From contig OZ219871.1 of NCBI GenBank assembly GCA_964291495.2, positions 960,001-1,024,000 on the forward strand: DNA of 64,000 nt, read 5' to 3'. The position numbers were made by a program, and so were the translations under genes. Under the pieces are notes generated by a model. The model had not been told where the DNA came from. It saw only the letters and a list, made by a program, of their open reading frames with translations, and did no database searches. Source of the stretch: Dehalococcoidia bacterium (lineage in GTDB: Bacteria > Chloroflexota > Dehalococcoidia > UBA2979). Of this stretch, positions 32,328 through 44,043 are shown piece by piece; within the stretch, counting starts at the first letter, position 1, and each line of letters begins with the position of its first letter.

Positions 32328-33017
32328 GTGCGTATCGTCTGCTGGAACATGGAGCACAAGCGGGCGAGCTGGCGCTTCCTGCGCGAGCGCCATGCCAACG
32401 CCGATGTCGCACTCCTGCAGGAAGCCTGCACGCCCCCGGCGGAAGTCGCCGCGGGACTGGATACCGGTTCCGGTCCCTGGATCTACAAGGGCTGGAACGG
32501 AGCCCGGGCGGTGGTTCGTCTCACGGACAGGATCGCCATCGAGCGCGTACCGGTCGCGGACATCATCGCCGCGTCGCCGCCGCGTTCGGCGATCGACACG
32601 CCGGCTCGACTGTGCGTCGCTCTCTGCACCCTGCCCGATGGCGAACGGCTGGGCCTGGTGTCTGTCGAAACCGGGAGCGAGACGGCCCCGCGGGTACCGA
32701 GGATGATCAGCGAGGTTCGGGAGTATTGCGGATCGAGCCTCCCCTGGATCGTGGGCGGCGACCTGACGACGTGGTGGGATAGCGAATCGACGGTGTTCGG
32801 GGAGATGCAGCGGATCGGACTCCCTCTCGCCGGGCCGCACGCCCCCACCTTCTACAACCCGCGTCTCCGGCAGGGTCCAGCCGACGCGCGCTTGCAGCTC
32901 GACTACGTGTTCGCATCCCGCTCCATCGCCCACCGCGTGAGCGTCCGTGCCCTCAACACTCCGAGCGACTGGGGGCCAAGCGATCACTGCCGGATCCTGA
33001 TCGATCTGATCGAGTAA
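32328..33017 (+). CDS. Endonuclease/exonuclease/phosphatase (EEP) family protein
   Basis: IVCWN, ALLQEA, GGDL, QLDYVF, GPSDHC; start may be 32304. Confidence 0.85.
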   Translation: MRIVCWNMEHKRASWRFLRERHANADVALLQEACTPPAEVAAGLDTGSGPWIYKGWNGARAVVRLTDRIAIERVPVADIIAASPPRSAIDTPARLCVALCTLPDGERLGLVSVETGSETAPRVPRMISEVREYCGSSLPWIVGGDLTTWWDSESTVFGEMQRIGLPLAGPHAPTFYNPRLRQGPADARLQLDYVFASRSIAHRVSVRALNTPSDWGPSDHCRILIDLIE

Positions 33018-33041
33018 GGCCGGGGAGACCAGGAAGACCCC

Positions 33042-34004
33042 TTACCCCAGCCGCCGCAGCTTCTTGATGCTGCGCAGCTCCCGAGGCGGATCGAGGTGGC
33101 GGCCGCGGATCGTCCAGGCGGCCTCGGCGACGTAGATGTCGCCACGCGAGTCGACCGCGATGCCGTGCGGGGCGATGAAACGGCCCGCCTCCTCGCCCTC
33201 CTCCGGATCGCCGAGGCGCGCGAGCAGCTCGCCCTCGCGGTTGAGGATGCTGACGCGGTGGCCGACGCCGAGCGCGCCCTCCAGGCGCGCGAAGCCGTTC
33301 AGCTCGCCGATGTAGATCAGGCCGTCCCCGCCCATCGTCATGCCGCAGGGCCGGTGGATGTTGTTCCACAGCGCCAGCGGCTCGCCGTCGCGGTCGAAGA
33401 CCTGGACGCGGTGGCTCTCGCGGTCCGCGACGTAGATGCGGTCCTCCTCGTCGATCGCGAGGTTGTGCGGCACCATGAACTGGCCGATGTCGATGCCCGC
33501 CTCGCCCCAGGACAGCTCGTACTCGCCCTCGGCGGAGTAGCGGTGGATGCGCGCGTTGCCGTAGCCGTCGCTGATGAAGATCGAGCCGTCGTGCGAGGAG
33601 ACGGCAGCGTCCGTCGGGCGGTTGAAGGGGTCGCCGCTGTAGGCCTCGGCGGAGACGCCCGGCTCGCCGATAGTCAGGACGAGCTCGCCTTCGCGGGTCC
33701 ACTTCGTGATCGTATGGGAGCCGTCGTCGGAGCAGTAGAGGAAGCCGTCCGGCCCGACGCTGATCGCGTGCGTGCGGTCCGTGAACACGCCCTCGCCGAA
33801 CGAGCGCACGAAGCCCCCGTCCGGATCGAGGACGACGACGGGGTTCGCGGTCTGCCTCGTGAGCAGGTAGACAAGGTCCTCGGCATCGACGGCTACGCCG
33901 GCGCACTCGACGAGGTTCATGCCCGCGGGCAGCCGCTCCCAGGCCGCCAGCGCCTCGTAGCGGAACGCCCCGGTCCCGAGTTCGACCGAGTCTGTTGCGA
34001 CCAT
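33042..34004 (-). CDS. NHL-repeat beta-propeller (PAL-like), copy 2
   Basis: Same length (963 nt) and motifs as 28773..29735. Confidence 0.88.
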   Translation of the reverse strand: MVATDSVELGTGAFRYEALAAWERLPAGMNLVECAGVAVDAEDLVYLLTRQTANPVVVLDPDGGFVRSFGEGVFTDRTHAISVGPDGFLYCSDDGSHTITKWTREGELVLTIGEPGVSAEAYSGDPFNRPTDAAVSSHDGSIFISDGYGNARIHRYSAEGEYELSWGEAGIDIGQFMVPHNLAIDEEDRIYVADRESHRVQVFDRDGEPLALWNNIHRPCGMTMGGDGLIYIGELNGFARLEGALGVGHRVSILNREGELLARLGDPEEGEEAGRFIAPHGIAVDSRGDIYVAEAAWTIRGRHLDPPRELRSIKKLRRLG

Positions 34005-34195
34005 GCCGCACCCCCTCGCCTGCGGCGCGAGTATCGCACCGCGGGCAAGGGCGTGACGCTTCTGTCCAGGGACAGCTGGGGCTGCGTTGCCAGGCGCTGC
34101 CCCCGAATCGGAATCGCTAACATGTGGAGGCCGGAAGATCGCCACTACGAGGCTCACGTCTGGCCGAGCGCCTCCGCGTGGGGAGGGTGATTGCG

Positions 34196-36169
34196 GTGCG
34201 TTGGATGTCCGTCCACAGTCTCGTTGTGCTCGTTCTGGCGGCGTTCGCGCTCTCAACAACCGGCACTGGCTGCGATTCCGCCAACCGTCCCGCGCCTGCT
34301 ATCGCAACAGCGGTGGCGACGCCGACCCCAACGTCGACGCCGGAGCCAACCCCGACCGCGACGCCCGAGTCGATTCCAACCGCGACGCCGAAGCCAACCC
34401 CGACCGCGACGCCCGAGTCAACCCCGACCGCGACGTCCAAGCCAACCCCAACCGCGACCCCCGAGCCAACCCCAACCGCGACGCCCGAGCCAACCCCGAC
34501 CGCGACCCCCGAGTCAACGCCAACCGCGACCGCGACGTCGAAGCCAACCCCGACCGCGATGCCCGACCAAACCCCGACCGCGATGCCCGATCAAACCCCG
34601 ACCGCGATGCCCGATCAAACCCCGACCGCGATGCCCGATCAAACCCCGACCGCGATGCCCGATCAAACCCCGACCGCGACCCCCGAGCCAACCCCGACCG
34701 CGACGCCCGAGTCAACGCCAACCGCGACGCCCGAGCCGCCCGAGGTCACGTTCCCCGGCGGCCTCCACGATGAACTTGGCTCCGGTTTTCTCGAGCAGGT
34801 GCGGCGGGATGTCCGCTGGGTGGTCGCGGTGATGGCTCGACGCTTCGAGTTCGAGATCGATCCGGAACGGTTGGAGATCCGGATACCGACGACCCCGGAT
34901 GCGCTGAGACAGCAGTACGACATCTTCGGCCGGCTACCGGGGCAGCCGCTCGCCGGCTTCGCCCGGCCGGCCACCGGCGGAGAGACGAAGCACCTCATTG
35001 TCCTGCCCGGGACGAAGTGGGGAGGCCGAAACCAATACGGCGACTGGATTACCCGTGACGCCCGTCCGAGCCTTGCCCACGAGTACTACCACGTTATGCA
35101 GTTTGAGCTCTCCGCCGGGAGATCGGTGGAGGCGCCGGATTGGCTCGTGGAAGGCACCGCGACTCGATTCGACTACCAGGTGGACGGCAAGCCGTACGAG
35201 ACGGACGAAGTGCAGCACCTGACCACGCAGCTTGATCTGAGCAATCTCTCCGTCCCCAGCTACCGCGTGCACAGCGTCGGGGTGGCGGCGGTCTCCATGC
35301 TCGCCGACCTCGCCGGTCCCGAGGCGCTCGTTGAGTACTGGGCCAACCTGGCGCCCGAGAACGGCAAGGCTGTGCACCATTCCATCGTCTTTGAACAGAC
35401 GTTTGGCCTGTCCGTGGAGGAGTTCACCCAGCACTTCCACGAGGTCCGTCGACCCTTGTTCACGCTCGTGAGCGGGAAGGTCCGCGCGTCCGATGGACCC
35501 GCTCCTCCCATTTGGATTTGGGCCTCCCCCAGCCGATTCATCGACACGTACGGCATCGAGGGGCGTCAGTGGACGGCAGAGACTCAAGACGACGGCTCGT
35601 TCTCCATGACGCTACCCAGGTATGACTCGGATCGTTCGACGCCGCTCGACTGGAGGTTCTTTCTGGCGCGGCGCATCGCGAGCCGGGAGGACACCCGCTT
35701 CTTCCTATCCGGCTGCGAAGCCGTGGTGGCAGCGGACCGAAGCCCGCAGCGAAACGCCGATTCGGCCCCATACATCCTGATGAGCCCGGACGAAACGGTC
35801 GGGGATCTCGATTTCTACGTCTCCACGAACTTCTGCAAGTACTGGGTCAGCGCTCGCTTGACGGATGCGGCTGGTGAACCTCTCGAAATCTTCAGCCCAA
35901 ACTTCTGTATGTCAACGGCCGGCCCGTGCATGTCGATCTTTGGTCGTCAGCCGGGCGACGACTACAGCACCGAGGTTTTCCTGGCGGATTCGTACGTCCT
36001 CGTCTCACCGGCGAACTGCGCCACGCGAACGTCCCGTGGCCAGGTGTGGTATGTCGCGGACGGCTACTTCACGCCCAACTACGAGGAGGCCTATCGATTC
36101 ACACCCAGCCTGGAGAAGAGCACGATCTCGCTCCGCATCACGCAGCAGCCCCCGTGCGAAGCAGAGTAG
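34196..36169 (+). CDS. Putative lipoprotein with Pro/Thr stalk, HExxH zinc-peptidase-like domain and Cys-containing C-terminal region
   Basis: Signal peptide ending TGC; AHEYYHVMQ...WLVEGTA; start uncertain. Confidence 0.75.
   Translation: MRWMSVHSLVVLVLAAFALSTTGTGCDSANRPAPAIATAVATPTPTSTPEPTPTATPESIPTATPKPTPTATPESTPTATSKPTPTATPEPTPTATPEPTPTATPESTPTATATSKPTPTAMPDQTPTAMPDQTPTAMPDQTPTAMPDQTPTAMPDQTPTATPEPTPTATPESTPTATPEPPEVTFPGGLHDELGSGFLEQVRRDVRWVVAVMARRFEFEIDPERLEIRIPTTPDALRQQYDIFGRLPGQPLAGFARPATGGETKHLIVLPGTKWGGRNQYGDWITRDARPSLAHEYYHVMQFELSAGRSVEAPDWLVEGTATRFDYQVDGKPYETDEVQHLTTQLDLSNLSVPSYRVHSVGVAAVSMLADLAGPEALVEYWANLAPENGKAVHHSIVFEQTFGLSVEEFTQHFHEVRRPLFTLVSGKVRASDGPAPPIWIWASPSRFIDTYGIEGRQWTAETQDDGSFSMTLPRYDSDRSTPLDWRFFLARRIASREDTRFFLSGCEAVVAADRSPQRNADSAPYILMSPDETVGDLDFYVSTNFCKYWVSARLTDAAGEPLEIFSPNFCMSTAGPCMSIFGRQPGDDYSTEVFLADSYVLVSPANCATRTSRGQVWYVADGYFTPNYEEAYRFTPSLEKSTISLRITQQPPCEAE
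34315..34740 (+). repeat. 24-bp coding tandem repeat, including five near-identical TPTAMPDQ units at 34546-34665
   Basis: aaccccgaccgcgatgcccgatca x5 within a degenerate PTPTATPE array. Confidence 0.92.
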
Positions 36170-36248
36170 CTTCGATCGCGTTGGCCTCGTGCGCCCACAG
36201 GCAGAGCGCAGGATGTCGCATTCGAGGCTCGTATCGGCCCGACTGCCC

Positions 36249-36671
36249 TCAGCCGCCGCTCTCGCTCCAGAGGTGGCGGCCGACGGCGAGGGCGACGACG
36301 ACGAAGAGCGAGTCGACGAGCGGAAAGTAGATGACGTGCGAGGTCACCGCCTCGCCGCTCTCGCTGTCCGGGTTGAGCGTCCAGATCCAGCCCCAGAAGA
36401 ACAGCATTGTGAGGACGATCGACGCGTAGAAGAGGGCGGTCACCCCGACGGACTCGAGGGTTGCGGGCTCGCCGCTTCCGACGTCGCGCCAGCGCAGGAA
36501 GCTCACCACGAGCGCGACCAGCGTCGAGGCCGCCATGAACCAGTTGATCACCTCCCACACGGGGTAGTCGGGCGAGCCGTCGTGGTAGACGGGCGTCAGA
36601 ATCAGGTTCACCGCCACGGCGACCGCCGTCGCCACGAGCAGCACCGCCAGCAGCCGCTTCACCAGCTCCAT
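36249..36671 (-). CDS. Hypothetical 4-TM membrane protein
   Basis: Four hydrophobic segments; GGAAGG RBS. Confidence 0.7.
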   Translation of the reverse strand: MELVKRLLAVLLVATAVAVAVNLILTPVYHDGSPDYPVWEVINWFMAASTLVALVVSFLRWRDVGSGEPATLESVGVTALFYASIVLTMLFFWGWIWTLNPDSESGEAVTSHVIYFPLVDSLFVVVALAVGRHLWSESGG

Positions 36672-36713
36672 CGTCGTGCCTTCCTTCCCTTGGGCGTCCA
36701 GTGTCTCGCTGCG

Positions 36714-37859
36714 TCAGCCACTCGTCTCGAAACGGTCGAGGCGGAAGAGGGAGATGTCGTGGGCCGTCTCGCCGCGCGTGGCGAGGTCCGCCATGATCTC
36801 GCCGACGACGCTGCAGAACTTGTAGCCGTGGCCTGAGAAGCCCGCCCCCACGAAGACATTCGGCATGCCGGGCAGCGCGTCGATGATGAAGTGCTCGTCA
36901 GGGGTGTTCGTGAACATGCAGGCCTTCAGGGACAGCGTCGGCCCGTTCGCGTCCGGGAAGTAGCGGGCGACCGCCTGCCGCAGCACCGCCTCGTCCTCGT
37001 CACGGACGTCGCGGTCGAGGTCCTCGGCGGTCGTCGCCTCGCCGAGGTGGTGGAACTTGCCGATCTTGAAGCCGGGGATGCCGAAGACGGGGAAGCTGTA
37101 GTAGAGCCCCTCCTCGAATTCGCCGATCACGACCGGGCAGGCCTCGGGCGCGAACAGCTCCGGCCGCCGCGGCTGGAACCAGCCCATCACCTGCCGCTCC
37201 GGTTGCAGCAGGCCGTCCAGCGAGGACGCCACCGGCCCCGCCCACGCGCCCGAGGTGATGACCAGCGCACCCGCCTCGTACGACCCGCGGCTGGTCTTGA
37301 CGCGCACGCGGTCGCCCGTGCTGTCCCACTCCAGCACCGCCTCGCGGGCGCGGACCTCGCCGCCACGCTCCTGCGCTGCGGAGACGTGGCTCACGATGGC
37401 GCGCTCGGAGAGCACGAAGCCGCCGTCCGGCTGGTAGACGCCCATCCAGCCCTCCGGAGGGCGCACGCCGGGAAAGTGCCCGCTCAGCTCCGAGCTCGTC
37501 AGGACCTCGTGCGGCAGGGCGTGCTCCTCGCAGGATTGCAGCGAGCCGGGGAAGACCATGCCGTCCTCGGGGCCGACGTCGAGCGAGCCCGTGATGTGCA
37601 GCAACTGCTCGCCGCTCGCCAACTCCAGCTCGAGCCAGCGCTCGTAGGCGCGACGCAGCAGCGGGACGTAGGAGGGGTGCTCGAAGTAGGCGAGGCGGAT
37701 GATGCGGTTCACCCCGTGCGACGACCCCAGCTCGTGCGGCACGTCGAAGCGCTCGAGGCCGAGCACGCGCAGCCCGCGGCTGGCGAGCTCATGGACCGTC
37801 GCCGAGCCCATCCCCCCGACGCCGATCACGATCACGTCGTACGTGCCGTTCGCGCTCAT
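36714..37859 (-). CDS. solA: N-methyl-L-tryptophan oxidase / monomeric sarcosine oxidase family
   Basis: GVGGMGS, GSSHGVNRIIRLAY, CMFTNTPDEHFIID, GFSGHGYKF. Confidence 0.9.
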   Translation of the reverse strand: MSANGTYDVIVIGVGGMGSATVHELASRGLRVLGLERFDVPHELGSSHGVNRIIRLAYFEHPSYVPLLRRAYERWLELELASGEQLLHITGSLDVGPEDGMVFPGSLQSCEEHALPHEVLTSSELSGHFPGVRPPEGWMGVYQPDGGFVLSERAIVSHVSAAQERGGEVRAREAVLEWDSTGDRVRVKTSRGSYEAGALVITSGAWAGPVASSLDGLLQPERQVMGWFQPRRPELFAPEACPVVIGEFEEGLYYSFPVFGIPGFKIGKFHHLGEATTAEDLDRDVRDEDEAVLRQAVARYFPDANGPTLSLKACMFTNTPDEHFIIDALPGMPNVFVGAGFSGHGYKFCSVVGEIMADLATRGETAHDISLFRLDRFETSG

Positions 37860-37955
37860 GCGGCTCCGTCCTCGGCCGCGCCGTCCCCGGCCCGCTGCGC
37901 CTTCAACAATAGGCGCTCGCGCCAGGCGGCCGGACGGGCAAAGATGGCGCCAGCG

Positions 37956-39881
<1,926 letters not shown>

Positions 39882-39913
39882 GCGAGGCGAGACGCGCGAG
39901 GAGAGGCAGCCGG

Positions 39914-40642
39914 GTGGCGGAGCGGGACAGCGTCCGCGTCGGCGACGCGGTGATCGAGTACGAGATTCGCCGCAGCGAGCGGCGCAAGAAGACGGTGCAG
40001 ATCAGAATCGACGGCGCATCCGTGCGGGTCGCCGCGCCCTCGGCAACGCCCGACGGCGAGCTGCGCGCCCTCGTCCGCAAGCGGGCGCCCTGGATCCTCA
40101 AACGCCTCTCCGAGGCAGTCCCGGAGGCCGGAGGGGCGCGATTCGTCAGCGGCGAGACGCTGCCCTACCTCGGCCAGCACGTCCCGCTGGTCGTCGTGCG
40201 CGGCGACGCGCCCTCGCCGCAGGTGCGGCTCGACCGCCGGACCTTCCGGATCGTCGTGCCAGGGGACCTCGATGGCGGTGAACGTGACGAGCAGATCCGG
40301 AGCGCCGTTGTCGCGTGGTATGCGGCTCGCGCGGCGGAGCGCTTCCCCGCTGCGGTCGACCGCTGGTGGCCGCGGCTCGGTTGCGGCGAGCCGTCGCGAG
40401 TGCTGATCCGCGACCAGCGCCGCCGCTGGGGCAGCTGCGCCTCGGACGGCACGCTGCGCTTCAGCTGGCGGGGGATGATGTTGGAGCCCGCGCTGATCGA
40501 CTACATCGTTGTCCACGAGCTGGCTCATCTGACGGTCCGGAACCACTCGCCGGACTTCTGGACGCTGGTCGCCAGCGCGCTGCCCGATGCTCAGGAGCGG
40601 CGCATGCGGCTGCGCGAGGCCGGGCGCGCGCTCCCGCTCTGA
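39914..40642 (+). CDS. YgjP/DUF45-like zinc metalloprotease
   Basis: RRSERRKKT, GETLPYLG, RRWGSC, YIVVHELAHL..NHS; start may be 39878. Confidence 0.88.
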   Translation: MAERDSVRVGDAVIEYEIRRSERRKKTVQIRIDGASVRVAAPSATPDGELRALVRKRAPWILKRLSEAVPEAGGARFVSGETLPYLGQHVPLVVVRGDAPSPQVRLDRRTFRIVVPGDLDGGERDEQIRSAVVAWYAARAAERFPAAVDRWWPRLGCGEPSRVLIRDQRRRWGSCASDGTLRFSWRGMMLEPALIDYIVVHELAHLTVRNHSPDFWTLVASALPDAQERRMRLREAGRALPL

Positions 40643-40720
40643 CGCCCACCGCCGCGCGTGCGGCGCTAGACTGCGCGCGGTGCGCCTCGTGCGGCGGGGC
40701 GCGAGCGAAGGGGGACCACC

Positions 40721-41815
40721 GTGCAGGCCGTCGTGTTCCATGAGCTGGGCAAGCCACCGGCCATCGAGGAGGTCGATCTCGCGCCGCCGAAGGCGCGCGA
40801 GGTGCGTGTGAAGGTCGTCGCCAGCGGACTCTGCCACTCCGACATCCACCGCCTGCACGGTCACCTGCCCTCGGCGACGCCGATGGTGATGGGTCACGAG
40901 GGCTCCGGCGTCGTCGAAGAGATCGGAGAGGCCGTCACCGACGTCGCGCCCGGCGACCACGTCGTGATCAGCTTCGGGCCGTATTGCGGCGGCTGCCGCT
41001 CGTGCAGCGACGGGCGCTTCAGCAACTGCGAGCGCAAGCTCGCCAACGCGCAGCGCGGCAACCTGCTCGACGGCACCAGCCGGCTCAGCCTCGACGGGCA
41101 GCGGATCAGCCACCAGTCCTCGGTCTCCTCGTTCGCGCAGGAGGCCGTCGTCCACGAGTCGAGCGCGGTGAGGGTGCGCGAGGACGCGCCGCTGGAGACG
41201 ATCGCGCTGCTCGGCTGCGGGGCCACCTCCGGCCTCGCGCCGGTCTTCAACGACGCGCAGGTCGAGGCCGGCAGCACCGTCGCCGTGATCGGCGTCGGCG
41301 GCCTCGGGCTCAACACCGTGCAGGCCTCGGCGCTCTCGGGTGCGCTCACGATCATCGCCGTCGACCTGCTCGACCACCGCCTCGACCAGGCGCGCGAGTT
41401 CGGCGCGACGCACGCGATCAACGCCTCGCAGCAGGACCCGATCGCCGAAGTGCAGCGCATCAGCGGCGGAGGCGTGGACTACGCCTTCGAGGTGATCGGA
41501 CTGCCGGAGACGGTGCTGCAGGCGATCCAGATGGTGCGGCCCGGCGGCGAGACGATCGTGATCGGCGCGCTCTCCGGGGACGCCGTGGTCTCGATCCCCT
41601 GGATGGGCATGATGCGCGGTCCACTGCGCCGCAGCGGCTTCAGCGCCTCGCGGCCGAACGTCGACATCCCGCGCTACGTCGACCTCTACATGGCGGGCAA
41701 GCTGCGCTTCGACGAGCTGGTGACGGGCCGCTACCCGCTGAGCGGCTTCAACGACGCCGTCGAGGTGATGGAGCGCGGCGAGGGCGTGCGCAACATCATC
41801 CACCCCAACGGGTAG
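40721..41815 (+). CDS. Zn-dependent alcohol dehydrogenase
   Basis: GLCHSD, GHEG, CGGCRSC...C, LLGCG, GVGGLG. Confidence 0.92.
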   Translation: MQAVVFHELGKPPAIEEVDLAPPKAREVRVKVVASGLCHSDIHRLHGHLPSATPMVMGHEGSGVVEEIGEAVTDVAPGDHVVISFGPYCGGCRSCSDGRFSNCERKLANAQRGNLLDGTSRLSLDGQRISHQSSVSSFAQEAVVHESSAVRVREDAPLETIALLGCGATSGLAPVFNDAQVEAGSTVAVIGVGGLGLNTVQASALSGALTIIAVDLLDHRLDQAREFGATHAINASQQDPIAEVQRISGGGVDYAFEVIGLPETVLQAIQMVRPGGETIVIGALSGDAVVSIPWMGMMRGPLRRSGFSASRPNVDIPRYVDLYMAGKLRFDELVTGRYPLSGFNDAVEVMERGEGVRNIIHPNG

Positions 41816-41839
41816 GGGCGCGATGACGACCGCGCAGGC

Positions 41840-42253
41840 TCACGGCTCCACGCGCTCCACGTCAGCGAGGAGGTCGAAGTCCCTGTCGTAGCTCACGATC
41901 TCCGACACGCCCTGCCGCTCCATGTGAGCAACCACCAGCGCGTCCTCGAAGTCAAGAAACGGGGAGGAGGCGTAGAGGTCCAGCGCCCGGATGTAGACGC
42001 GCTTCTGAGGTAGCCTGAGACCCCGGAGCGTCAGAATCGGCACCAGCCGGGCCCGGATCTCCTCGTGGCTCAGCCTGTACGGGGCGCGCTGCGAGGACAG
42101 CACGTAAACGACCTCCGTGACGATGGCTTCGCACGTGACGAGCTCCTCCGCACCTTCCTGCACCTGCTGGAACAGCCGGTAGCAGGCCTCTGCCTTGACC
42201 TCGTCGTCCCTCGTCAGGTAGCGGAGGATGACGTTCGTATCGAGGAACCTCAC
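41840..42253 (-). CDS. PIN/VapC toxin
   Basis: MRFLDTNVILRYL, VTEV, LDFEDAL, SYDRDFD. Confidence 0.9.
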   Translation of the reverse strand: MRFLDTNVILRYLTRDDEVKAEACYRLFQQVQEGAEELVTCEAIVTEVVYVLSSQRAPYRLSHEEIRARLVPILTLRGLRLPQKRVYIRALDLYASSPFLDFEDALVVAHMERQGVSEIVSYDRDFDLLADVERVEP

Positions 42254-42519
42254 GCCTCAGCAAGCTCCCGCGCGGTCTGCTCCGCCTTGGCGTCCTTCGC
42301 GTCCCGAGTCGCCTGCTCGAGGTCTTCCGGACCCGCGACGGGCCTTACCGAGCCGTACGCCGACTCAAGGCTGAAGGACGCTGGCGCAAGGCGAACCACA
42401 CCGCCGTCCTCGATGGTGAAGGCCACCTTGTCCCTCGGCTTCAGGCCGAGGAGCTGCCGCACCTCGGCGGGGATGGTGACCTGGTTCCGCTGAGTGGTGG
42501 CTGCGGTGATCTCCTTCAT
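42250..42519 (-). CDS. AbrB/MazE family antitoxin
   Basis: TTQRNQVTIPAEVRQLLGLKPRDKVAF. Confidence 0.88.
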   Translation of the reverse strand: MKEITAATTQRNQVTIPAEVRQLLGLKPRDKVAFTIEDGGVVRLAPASFSLESAYGSVRPVAGPEDLEQATRDAKDAKAEQTARELAEA

Positions 42520-42534
42520 GTCGCCCCCGTACCG

Positions 42535-42577
42535 CAATGTAATGATCTGCATGAAGTGCATTTGACACATCACATTG
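42535..42577. promoter_or_regulatory. AT-rich inverted repeat, probable TA operator/promoter
   Basis: CAATGTAATG...CATCACATTG with inner TGCA-N5-TGCA. Confidence 0.6.
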
Positions 42578-42740
42578 TACACGGTTCGAACCAACGCAAC
42601 CAACCGTCACGCGCGTGAGCCCGATAGGCCCCGCACCCCTCGCCCGCAACGGGCGCTCTGGTAGGCTGGCCTCCCGCGCCGCGGCCACCGAGGCCAGCGA
42701 GCGCACCACGAGGCAACACGACGTACGGGAGAGGCAACAG

Positions 42741-44036
42741 ATGACCACCACCGAGCGGCGCTACCCGAGGATCACCGACGAGGGCATCGCGGCGATGCGC
42801 GCGCGTGTCGGCATACCCGCGAAGCGCGACGACCGCGGCAAGTACACCCAGATCAACGCCGACGCCGCGCGCGGGTACTCGATCGCCACCGGCGACCTCA
42901 ACCCGCTCTACGTCGACGCCGACCACGCGCGCGCCAGCCGCTGGGGCGACACCGTCGCGCCTCCCGGCATCCTGCTCGCCACCGGCGAGCCGGAGGGCCG
43001 TGACATCACCCCCGAGGAGCGCGAGGCCGGGCGCGGCGGCGCCCTCCCCGGCGTGCACGGCATGTTCGCCGGCCGCGACTTCGAGTGGTACGCGCCGATG
43101 CTCGCGGGCGACACGATCTACAAGGTCACCTACGAGGCCGGCTTCTACGAGAAGGACGGCAAGTTCACCGGCAGCCGCCAGATCCTCCAGATGGTCGAGA
43201 CGCTGTTCCGCAACCAGCGCCACGAGGTCGTCGCCAAGATGCTCGGCTGGCGCATGCGCACCGAGCGCGACGCCGCCCGCGAGCGCAAGTCCGTCTTCCG
43301 CGAGTCCCGCGTCTGGAGCGACGAGGAGCTGGCCGAGATCGACGAGGCCTACGCGCGTGAGACCTGGCGCGGCCCGGAGCCCCGCTACTGGGAGGACGTG
43401 CAGATCGGCGACAGCCTCGGCGAGATGGTGCGCGGCCCCTTCCGCGTCACCGACGGCGTCGCCTGGGAGATGGGCTGGGGCGGCCCCTACGCGCGCACCG
43501 GCAAGTCCGACCACGCCTTCCGCATGCGCCACCCCGGCGCCTACACGCAGGACCCGCGAGGCGTCTGGGACGTCGTCGAGCGCGTCCATTGGGACGACGA
43601 GTTCGCACGCGAGATCGGCGTGCCCGCCGCCTACGACTACGGCGCGCAGCGCGTCGGCTGGACCTGCAACTTCCTCACCAACTGGATGGGCGACGACGCC
43701 TGGCTGAAGCGCATGTGGGTCCAGATCCGCAAGTTCAACATCCTCGGCGACCTCCAGACCTTCACCGGGGAGGTGATCGACAAGCGCATCGAGGATGGCG
43801 AGTACCAGGTCGTCTGCGACTTCCAGGCGATCAACCAGCTCAACGAGATCACGACGCCGGGCCAGGCGATCATCCTGCTGCCCTCGCGCGAGGCCGGGAA
43901 CCCGCAGCTGCCGACCGGCAGCCAGCCGCCGTACCCGACCTGGGAGGGCGACAAGAAGGTCGTGCCCGTCGGCCCCTCGCGGTTCCAGCCGGTCTCGTCG
44001 ACGCACGGCTTCCGCATGGTCGGCCTCCAGGACTAG
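42741..44036 (+). CDS. Double hot-dog MaoC/FAS1-like acyl-CoA dehydratase
   Basis: GDLNPLY..D, APPG, LPGVHGMFAG, PRYWEDVQIGD, VHWD..AREIGVPAAYDYG. Confidence 0.85.
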   Translation: MTTTERRYPRITDEGIAAMRARVGIPAKRDDRGKYTQINADAARGYSIATGDLNPLYVDADHARASRWGDTVAPPGILLATGEPEGRDITPEEREAGRGGALPGVHGMFAGRDFEWYAPMLAGDTIYKVTYEAGFYEKDGKFTGSRQILQMVETLFRNQRHEVVAKMLGWRMRTERDAARERKSVFRESRVWSDEELAEIDEAYARETWRGPEPRYWEDVQIGDSLGEMVRGPFRVTDGVAWEMGWGGPYARTGKSDHAFRMRHPGAYTQDPRGVWDVVERVHWDDEFAREIGVPAAYDYGAQRVGWTCNFLTNWMGDDAWLKRMWVQIRKFNILGDLQTFTGEVIDKRIEDGEYQVVCDFQAINQLNEITTPGQAIILLPSREAGNPQLPTGSQPPYPTWEGDKKVVPVGPSRFQPVSSTHGFRMVGLQD

Positions 44037-44043
44037 CCCGACC

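Noticed and set aside
34546-34680. Regular 24-bp repeats as a CRISPR array
   Set aside because: Contiguous units without spacers, in frame within a CDS, and no cas genes.
36891-37955. N-terminal extension of ABC-F, and many other long antisense or alternate-frame ORFs
   Set aside because: Shadow ORFs expected at high GC; Arg/Ala/Pro-rich, motif-free and overlapping well-supported genes.
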